Shown here piece by piece: positions 56,916 to 64,000 of a DNA stretch of 64,000 nt. Under the pieces are notes generated by a model. That model was not told the DNA's origin. It saw only the letters and a list, made by a program, of their open reading frames with translations, and ran no database searches. Numbering within the stretch: position 1 is the first letter of the stretch; each line of letters opens with the position of its first letter. The position numbers were made by a program, and so were the translations under genes. The stretch covers positions 160,001 to 224,000 of the forward strand of contig JBEKKK010000001.1 in assembly GCA_050010755.1 (NCBI GenBank). The letters are read 5' to 3'. Origin of the DNA: Candidatus Bathyarchaeia archaeon (GTDB lineage Archaea > Thermoproteota > Bathyarchaeia > Bathyarchaeales > Bathycorpusculaceae).

Positions 56916-57748
56916 TCTTTTTCCTTTCCAGGCTTTACCAAATCGATTATCCTCTGATGCATTTCAGCGTTGGCAGCGGCTACGAACTCGACCTTCTGCC
57001 CCGGATCCAACTTCGCATCCAAGGGCTTCCCACCGGAAGTCGTCAACACCGCACCTGCTTCCTTCACAATCAAGCACGCAGCGGCCACATCCGTCGTGCG
57101 AAGCTTTCCACGAATGTCGATAAAGGCATCCGTTGACCCGTCCGCCACGTAGCACAGCTCCAGGGCGTTTGCTCCAAAATGGCGAATGTGCTTCGTTTTC
57201 TTAATCAAACCCGTCAGCCTTGGAGCAATCTCATCCACTTTGTAGCTATTCAGATCCAAACCCAGCACGGCCTCTTCAAGCGAGACGTTCTCAGACGGAT
57301 AGATTTTTTCGTCGCCACGACAGGAGCCCCTACCCTTCTGAGCCGTGTACGTCACATCATGGAACAAATCAGCCACCAAAGCACAGTGCACATCTTCCAA
57401 GAACGGTCTCCCTGACACTGCAACAGATGTTGCATAAAAAGGAAGTCTCCTCATCAAGTTTGTCGTACCATCGATGGGGTCAACAGTCACGAAGCACTCT
57501 CCAGGCTCCTCCCCATGTTCTCGAACGCCTGATTCCTCGCTTATCAACGTGAAAGAGATCCCTCGCCCGGTCAACGCCGTGACGATCGCATTCTCAGCCG
57601 CCAAGTCTATCCTTTTGATCGGATCGCCGCCTGCACCGATACCCAAGTCAGGCTGAGGTTCGTCCAACGTCTCGAGTAAAGGTGCGATTTGCTCCCGTAT
57701 CCGGTCCTTGCACTCCACCAAAATTCGCATCCAATCATACTGCCTCAT
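56912..57748 (-). CDS. Inositol monophosphatase / fructose-1,6-bisphosphatase family
   Basis: ISEESG, VDPIDGTTN, RHFGANALELC, DVAAA; start MRQYDW chosen over tracked 57859. Confidence 0.9.
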   Translation of the reverse strand: MRQYDWMRILVECKDRIREQIAPLLETLDEPQPDLGIGAGGDPIKRIDLAAENAIVTALTGRGISFTLISEESGVREHGEEPGECFVTVDPIDGTTNLMRRLPFYATSVAVSGRPFLEDVHCALVADLFHDVTYTAQKGRGSCRGDEKIYPSENVSLEEAVLGLDLNSYKVDEIAPRLTGLIKKTKHIRHFGANALELCYVADGSTDAFIDIRGKLRTTDVAAACLIVKEAGAVLTTSGGKPLDAKLDPGQKVEFVAAANAEMHQRIIDLVKPGKEKE

Positions 57749-57953
57749 CAAAGCTCTCCATTCCTGCATACAACTACTTTCGTTAAAGCCTTTGCTGAAG
57801 GCGACCCGCCGCTCAAGAACCTTTAGCGTCGAAATCCTAGCCCCCGCACAAGATAACATTGACGTGAAAGATTACTCTAGAAAAAACTTCTCGAAGATAA
57901 CATCAGAAAGACTTTAAACGCATACACTCAATGAGTCACTGCTGGACCTGCAG

Positions 57954-58172
57954 ATGGCTTTCAAGATTGCCGGAGTTCTCGAGATGCTAAGCGACGGAGA
58001 ATGGCACGCTCTGCAGACGATTCGAAGGAGAATGAAGCTTAACAGAGATCAGAGCCAGCAAATTGCATTGTTTCTTGAAGAATACGAATTCGTGACATTT
58101 GATCAGACGAAAACCAAGATCAGAATCAAAGAAGACGTTCGAGAATTCCTGGTCAAAGATGCTACTTCATGA
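57954..58172 (+). CDS. Small winged-helix-like protein
   Basis: LEMLSDGEWH, FLEEYEFV. Confidence 0.6.
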   Translation: MAFKIAGVLEMLSDGEWHALQTIRRRMKLNRDQSQQIALFLEEYEFVTFDQTKTKIRIKEDVREFLVKDATS

Positions 58173-58446
58173 GGGCTTTCAAACCCTTATAGGCTTTCAA
58201 GAATTCTCTGCCCTTCTCTGTAATTTCGAACATCGTATTGTCGGATTTGCCTGTTTGATGGTTCAGCTGTAACATTCTGTTCCCAAGCAGAAAATGCGAG
58301 TAGCCCTTCAATTGTTTAAAGCTCAGGTTACAGCGGTACATCAAACTGGTCTTCCCAGCGCCTCCGTAAGAAGCATCAAGTATGTCGGCGATGATGTCGA
58401 AATTTCCACGATGGTTCGCGCTGATTCTTTCTTCAGGCTCAATCAA
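58162..58446 (-). CDS. Winged-helix DNA-binding protein
   Basis: DIIADIL, KTSLMYRCNLSF, ITEKGREFL. Confidence 0.85.
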   Translation of the reverse strand: MIEPEERISANHRGNFDIIADILDASYGGAGKTSLMYRCNLSFKQLKGYSHFLLGNRMLQLNHQTGKSDNTMFEITEKGREFLKAYKGLKALMK

Positions 58447-58825
58447 TTAACTCACCAGTGCACATCTTCAAGGAGCCGTTCGAAACCCTTTTCTCCCATT
58501 AGATAATGGGACGAACCGAAATTTAAACGTTCTGAAAACTTAAAAAACACAGAAGCCAGGTCGAAAATCTCCATCCGCAAAGGAAAACTCAGATTAGACC
58601 TTCATTTTGTGAGGAGAGGGTCATCGACGGTCCAATGGATAATCTGGAACCCGCTCCCCTCTACAGCCTTGCCCTTCTCCCTCTCGCAAGACTGTATTCT
58701 CCGCAGGAACAGATTTAAGAATTATGGAATCTTGTTCTATTTTCAGTGCAAAGCCCAAACATCAAACAACTGCAGCCCCAAAAGTCAAGCCGCATGCAAT
58801 ATCAAGGCGAAGTCCGAAACAGCAG

Positions 58826-59497
58826 TCAAGGCAGACTGGACAGCTTTGTGGCCTTGAAGACTTCACAATACTTGCCTTTTCCTGTCAATGCTCCTCGGTA
58901 TCTGGCCAAGCCTTCGAAGGCTTCATCGTATCGAGCATTCTTCATCTGTGACTCATGCTTCCTCAAAGCAGCGACTTTCTTGTCGATAAAACTCGAAACG
59001 TCTTCCACATATTCGAAGTCTAAAAGAGGCGTCCAGACTTCATAAGTCAACACGGTCTCGGTGGGCCAGGGAGGTCCTGTGTATTCCTGAAACAATCGTG
59101 CACTGGCTCTTATCAATGCCTCATTCACTAGCTGAAAAGTCGCTCTGTGATCCTGATGGCCATCAGATGCGTGATGAACATAAACCAAGTTGGGCTGCTT
59201 CTTTCTTATCAGCTCAACCAGCTTCTTCAGGTTGGCCTGATCATATTGCAGATAACCATCTGGGTTTTTCAGAAAGGTTAGATCCTGGAAACCGATAATC
59301 TGAGCGGCGTTCTTTGCTTCTTCTTCCCTTATTCTTGATAGTTCCTCTTTGGAGTGATCCAGGCTGCCTGCTTCTCCAGAAGTCATGTAACAAGCGGAGA
59401 CCTGATTTCCCAGTTTGACGTGTTTCGCCAAACTGCCGCCGCACCCTATTATGTCGTCGTCAGGATGCGCTGCAAAAACCAGTAGGCGTTTTATCAT
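58826..59497 (-). CDS. PIG-L/LmbE family N-deacetylase
   Basis: AAHPDDDIIGCGG, TSGEAG, HQDH, HESQ. Confidence 0.9.
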   Translation of the reverse strand: MIKRLLVFAAHPDDDIIGCGGSLAKHVKLGNQVSACYMTSGEAGSLDHSKEELSRIREEEAKNAAQIIGFQDLTFLKNPDGYLQYDQANLKKLVELIRKKQPNLVYVHHASDGHQDHRATFQLVNEALIRASARLFQEYTGPPWPTETVLTYEVWTPLLDFEYVEDVSSFIDKKVAALRKHESQMKNARYDEAFEGLARYRGALTGKGKYCEVFKATKLSSLP

Positions 59498-60482
59498 ACA
59501 CCTGCGTTAGCCGCCATTTCTATTAAACATTTATGCAACGCTCTCAGATCCAGCACCTATAAGTTACATCCGAATCATAATCGCCGGCGAACTTGTGTAT
59601 GTATGAGTTTGGCTTCGCCAGACTCTGGCAGACGTAGTCTTTTTTTGAGTCTGGTTCCCCCTTCTCTGTTGGTAACAACCGTGGTAATGTTGTGTGGTAA
59701 CAATTCGTGTTGAAATTCTGATGTAAGTCTTCTTCTTTGGATTCGTCTTGTGCTTTTTGGTCAGCCTAGTAACAATGCTTGGTGACAAGTTTGTAAGCTC
59801 GAAATGAACTCTGAACTGCGAAAATCGCGCTGGGAAACGGGTTCGAGCATCAGTTGCTTACTAAACAGTAGCGCAATGTTCCCTAGCGTCTATGCTTGAT
59901 CTCGAGTATAGGGCAAGCGCTTTCTTCGCTGGCGCATACTGTCTGGGGTGACTTGGCGTTGTTGTTTTGGAGCTGCGCGGGCGAATTAAATAATTCGGGG
60001 AAGTGCTGAATGAGGATTCTTGTTGAAACTGAGACGTGAAGCGGCAGAGGGTGTCAACGTGATCTGCTGCATGTTTAGGGCAACCGTCTCCTCTGCTCCT
60101 GAGCGGTGTTCGATGAGTTTGAAGAAGTTTGAGCAGCCGTGAGCGCAACCTGGACAAAGCCATTGTTTCGCGTCTTCACCATCGTTAAACGGAATAATCT
60201 CTTCGGTCTGGACAGGGGCAACCTGTACAGTGTGTTTACATGTCGTTATGAGTGAGTTTCGAGTCTGAACAGAGCCTGCTGGGAGCTTCATTAGCAAAAC
60301 ACAATCTCCTTCCAGCTTAGTTCTGAAAAAAATTTTTTTCTCGGATCAAAATCCCGCGCCCAAACTCAACGCCACCATTCTCAGCATCCAAAGGCGCTCC
60401 CAAATTATCTACTTAGCCGGCGCGTTTGTTCTTTTCCTCTTTGAGGCACAGTGGAATTTAATGATGTATCTTGCAGTCGATG

Positions 60483-61460
60483 CTACGGCATGTATGTCAA
60501 GGCGGCGGCGATAGCTCCGTAAAGGCCGACATCGTCTCCTAGATGTGTGACTTTTATTTTCGGGATTCTGTTTAAAGCGTAGTTTTTCACGTGCTTTCTT
60601 ATAGGATTCAGAATCATTGCAGTGTTCTTCAGCGCTACGGTTCCGCCAACCGTGATGAGCGATGGGTCATATGCGTTTATAATGTTCGCAAAGCCAATGG
60701 CGTTCAAAACCCCAATCTCCTCCACCAGTCTAGTCGAAATGTAGTCGGCCTCTCCCGCGGCAGCGAACAGATCCTTTGCGCTCAACTTTGACAAATCTCC
60801 TGCTACCATTCTGAGAAGCAAACTTTCCCGCATATTTTTCTGGGGCATGTCTTTGAGTCTCATTCTGATGAAATTTGGAATGTTGCTTCCTGAACAGTAC
60901 GCTTCCCAATGGCCGCGTTTTCCGCAGCCGCATTTGAGCCTGCCTTCGTAGTCTATGACGATGTGGCCGACTTCATGGGCGTTGCCGTCCTTTCCCAAAA
61001 GGAGAGTTCCGTTGACAATCGCTCCACAGCCGATGCCCGTGCTAATGGTTACGTAAGCATAATTGTCTAGCCCCTTCGCAGCGCCGAACTTTTTTTCGCC
61101 AAGAGCAGCGCCTGAGGCATCGTTGATCAAGCAGGACGGTATGCCCAATTCCCTCGAGAGGGGCTCCGTGATGGGCACGCAGTCAAAGGGCATGGCGGTC
61201 GGATGCAAGAGGATGCCTTCTTTCTGGATCAAAGGACCGGTTGCAGCCACGCCCACACCGTTTAAAGACTTGATGCCCAAATCATGTTTGCTGCATAGGA
61301 AACGGCTGAGTCTGATCATCTGGTCACTAATTGCCTTTGCACTAGACTTGTCAACCTTTTCACTTGTTTTCGCAATAAAGTGCCCGCTCTTGTCCGAAAC
61401 GGCAACCCTTACCCACGTACCCCCTAGATCTATTCCAATCCAATACTCATCTGCAGCCAA
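60483..61460 (-). CDS. ROK family sugar kinase (glucokinase-like)
   Basis: GIDLGGT, ND.....LGE, STGIG.G, EVGH, CGCGKRGHWE; TTG start 61460 after GGTGG. Confidence 0.92.
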   Translation of the reverse strand: MAADEYWIGIDLGGTWVRVAVSDKSGHFIAKTSEKVDKSSAKAISDQMIRLSRFLCSKHDLGIKSLNGVGVAATGPLIQKEGILLHPTAMPFDCVPITEPLSRELGIPSCLINDASGAALGEKKFGAAKGLDNYAYVTISTGIGCGAIVNGTLLLGKDGNAHEVGHIVIDYEGRLKCGCGKRGHWEAYCSGSNIPNFIRMRLKDMPQKNMRESLLLRMVAGDLSKLSAKDLFAAAGEADYISTRLVEEIGVLNAIGFANIINAYDPSLITVGGTVALKNTAMILNPIRKHVKNYALNRIPKIKVTHLGDDVGLYGAIAAALTYMP

Positions 61461-61644
61461 TCTTTCCACCCGGGAAAGCATAAGATGTCGTGAAACAATC
61501 TCATGCACAGTTCTTATTATTTGCGTATGCCGCGCACGTTGGTTCTGATATACGCGTATGTCTAGTAATAAGTCATAAATCGTAATATAGGTTAAATCTT
61601 TTAAGGATGAAAGGTAATACAAGAAAAGAATGGGATGATGCAGA

Positions 61645-61977
61645 ATGAAAGATGGAGAAGAGAAGAAGGCAATCAACATTCTAACGGACTCGAGGCTTTC
61701 GGCGATAAAGGCTATGCTTGAAAAGGACCATGCTATAGATTGCATTCTTTTGTTGAACATGAGCCGCGGAAAATGGAAAGATGCCAAAGACTTTATGCGC
61801 GAGCACCATCTGACGCTCAGCGACGGCACTTTTAGGGCTAGAATGATAGAAATCGAACAGTTGGGGCTGGCAAAGAGCGAGCGAATAGACCCACTCAAAA
61901 AGCTCTACAAGATAACACCACAGGGCAAGAAAACTGCGGAATTACTCATAGACCTGTTTGACAAACTGGAAGAATAA
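61645..61977 (+). CDS. Winged-helix protein divergent from ROK kinase
   Basis: LSDGTFRARM.E.EQLGL, YKITPQGK. Confidence 0.7.
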   Translation: MKDGEEKKAINILTDSRLSAIKAMLEKDHAIDCILLLNMSRGKWKDAKDFMREHHLTLSDGTFRARMIEIEQLGLAKSERIDPLKKLYKITPQGKKTAELLIDLFDKLEE

Positions 61978-62176
61978 ACAAGAAAAAAACACAAACAGCA
62001 CAACTGTACAACACTTTCTTCTTCGACGTCCGCCACATGCTGCATTGGGGCTGTTTTATTGGAGTATGCGTATTTTTGTCATACAAATCGGAAATCTGAT
62101 GTAGTGAGTCGTAAGATTTAAAAGCTAAGCCTCCTCCTACATATTCAATAACTCCACAAGGAGGGATAAAAAGAAA

Positions 62177-62608
62177 ATGAAAATAAGGCGAAGTAGAAAA
62201 GCCCTAAGCCCCGTAATAGCCTCAATCATACTCATCGCAGTAACAGTCGCAGTCAGCATAGCCGTAGCCGCATGGATGGGAGCACTAACATTCAGCTTCA
62301 TGGCAACAGAACAAGGACAAGTAACAAACCTGCAATTCAACCCTGTCGCTAACACTATCCTAGTTACGTTCAACAATACTGGAACCTCTGCCATAACGCT
62401 CAGTTCGCTGTGGGTAAATAACGTACAAATTGGAGCTGGAGTTGGGACCGTAGCCCCCGCGCTAGGATCTGTCGCAGCCAATACAGGAACTCAGCTAACA
62501 GTCACGATGCCTGCCGCAACGCCAGTTACTTCAGGCTACTCATACACAGTCATGCTAGAAAGCGCAAAGGGCAACAAATTCAGCAGCACCGGCTCAGCTC
62601 CAAGCTAA
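62177..62608 (+). CDS. Archaeal type IV pilin (class III signal peptide)
   Basis: RKA^LSPVIASIILIAVTVAVSIAV. Confidence 0.88.
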   Translation: MKIRRSRKALSPVIASIILIAVTVAVSIAVAAWMGALTFSFMATEQGQVTNLQFNPVANTILVTFNNTGTSAITLSSLWVNNVQIGAGVGTVAPALGSVAANTGTQLTVTMPAATPVTSGYSYTVMLESAKGNKFSSTGSAPS

Positions 62609-62689
62609 TCTCCACTACTTGTGGAGGTTAGGGGCGGGGTGAAGAATCCAATAGTTTCCCATATTGTTTCCTGTTTGGAGGTGCAATGA

Positions 62690-63115
62690 ATGGTTGTTGA
62701 AATAAAAGAGTACAGTTCAGCAGAAGATATAGCCGAAACATTGGACAAGGAGATAACCGAAACAAAAAGTACGTTAGGCGAGTACCTGCGTCGTTTAGAC
62801 GACATCAGAGCCTTAGCGGAGAAGTCCAAGAAGATTCATGAAGTAGTCATGAAACTCGCCGGCAAAAAAGCGTCCTCTGAAAGTCTCGGAGAGATATCGG
62901 TTGGCAGCTTGAACATCGTGCTAGACGCAAATCCGTTCCATGAGTTGACCGCAATCGAAGAGGTTGTGCGAAGCCATCAGGAAAGACTCCTGGTTTTGCA
63001 GAAGGCTCGCGATGCGTTGAAGTGGCTAGACCAGCTCGGCGACACTGAAGGCCTCAAGTACTTAGTCATAGAGAGCGACGGCGTTCCTGAGCGAATACTC
63101 TTCAGAATAACTTAG
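62690..63115 (+). CDS. Conserved hypothetical coiled-coil protein
   Basis: 141-aa ORF, SD GGAGGTG. Confidence 0.7.
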   Translation: MVVEIKEYSSAEDIAETLDKEITETKSTLGEYLRRLDDIRALAEKSKKIHEVVMKLAGKKASSESLGEISVGSLNIVLDANPFHELTAIEEVVRSHQERLLVLQKARDALKWLDQLGDTEGLKYLVIESDGVPERILFRIT

Positions 63116-63126
63116 CCTCATGAGAA

Positions 63127-63948
63127 GTGACAATCATGGAAAACGACGTTTACTCCCTTGTCCTAAAGAACACGCTGACCGAGATCACTAACGCGTGCCC
63201 AGACATCCAGAACATCTTCTTGTTCAAGGAAGACGGCAGCATCATAAGCAGAGAAGAAAGAACCCAGGAAGACGCCGCTGTGCATGCCGTTGACGCTCTT
63301 GACGAAGTGCTTGAAAGGGCCAAAGTGTTAGGCGGCACACAAAGCATAAGCCTCGAGGGCGCCAAGGCCACAATCAATGTCTCGCGGGTGAACGACTTTT
63401 ACCTAGTGACAGTAGTGCCGGAAAAAGCGGACCTGAAATACGTAAACATCTTCACAAATGTTCTTATTCCTACAGTGTTGAATCTCCTCGACAAAATCGC
63501 GCCCGCCCTCAACCAGAACAGCCTGTCTGAAACTACAAGCGAAGAGCCCATGAACAAACTGGCCATGAAGCCCAATGAAGACCCTGCCGAAGAGACTGCG
63601 GAAAATAATGAAAATCATGAGGCAGCTGAAGCTAGCACAGAGAAAATTCTTCCAGAGCCTCAAGTGAACCAGTTCATCGTTGAAAACGTCGGAGGATTAT
63701 TCGCATCAGCAGATACGGTGCGCATCGACTGCGACACGCTTTCACAATGGACAGAGCTTTATGAGGACAAAAAGATCGAGGAAGCCATGGTCGAGACGTT
63801 CGGAGGAAAATCGGTCCGGTGCAAACTCAAGCCACTGAAAAACGCAAAACTCGAAGGTAAGGGAATAATACAGATTCCAGAGAAAATCCAGCAGATGTTG
63901 GATGTTGGAAAAGGCGAACTCGTCAGAGTAAAACCAGTAATCGAATGA
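63127..63948 (+). CDS. Roadblock/LC7-like N-terminal domain, acidic linker, C-terminal double-psi-barrel-like domain
   Basis: LTEITNACPDI..IFLF.EDGSII roadblock pattern; C-terminal GIIQIPEKIQQMLDVGKGELVRVKP. Confidence 0.6.
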   Translation: MTIMENDVYSLVLKNTLTEITNACPDIQNIFLFKEDGSIISREERTQEDAAVHAVDALDEVLERAKVLGGTQSISLEGAKATINVSRVNDFYLVTVVPEKADLKYVNIFTNVLIPTVLNLLDKIAPALNQNSLSETTSEEPMNKLAMKPNEDPAEETAENNENHEAAEASTEKILPEPQVNQFIVENVGGLFASADTVRIDCDTLSQWTELYEDKKIEEAMVETFGGKSVRCKLKPLKNAKLEGKGIIQIPEKIQQMLDVGKGELVRVKPVIE

Positions 63949-64000
63949 CTGAGGCTTCAATTATGGTTAAACAAAAGAAAAACTCTGAAGAAACTGTCAG

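Noticed and set aside
59500-60480. Short ORFs (59564, 59861, 59986) as genes or a pseudogene
   Set aside because: Mutually overlapping with no recognisable family; only a CPGC motif, not enough to call
61461-61898. Long N-terminal regulator domain on the ROK kinase
   Set aside because: Overlaps the divergent winged-helix gene antisense and has no HTH pattern; the kinase motif starts right after TTG 61460

Overview
Archaeal chromosome window. The gene content, frequent TTG/GTG starts, multi-intron tRNAs and pilin type suggest a Bathyarchaeia-like TACK archaeon (inference). Region 1-32.5 kb is a large surface-glycan locus: GT2/GT4 glycosyltransferases, Gfo/Idh/MocA oxidoreductases, deacetylases, three CelD/BcsL-type GNATs, DUF2206 and a flippase. 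It also carries a PaaK/CapK-like ligase, hemA-hemL and a HemB paralog whose A-site residues are remodelled. From 32.5 to 56 kb there are at least eight same-orientation copies of an intergenic repeat (13-bp TTACAnnGCAACA units + TTACATC-W-GATGTAA palindrome + A-run + G-string). One copy is split by a ~9.3 kb tyrosine-integrase element (36157-45492). That element has an 8-bp direct repeat TACAACAT, symmetric ACCGAC arm sites, an HK97-gp10-like gene and no recognisable capsid. Three tRNA genes are present: Leu(UAG) with a canonical intron, Thr(GGU), and an elongator Met with two non-canonical introns, one inside the 3' strand of the acceptor stem (68/69). The rest is housekeeping (rpiA, RPA, Hsp20, IMPase/FBPase, ROK kinase, pilin). 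The + strand shifts from strongly G/T-rich to strongly A/C-rich regardless of gene direction. All calls are by eye; no searches were run.
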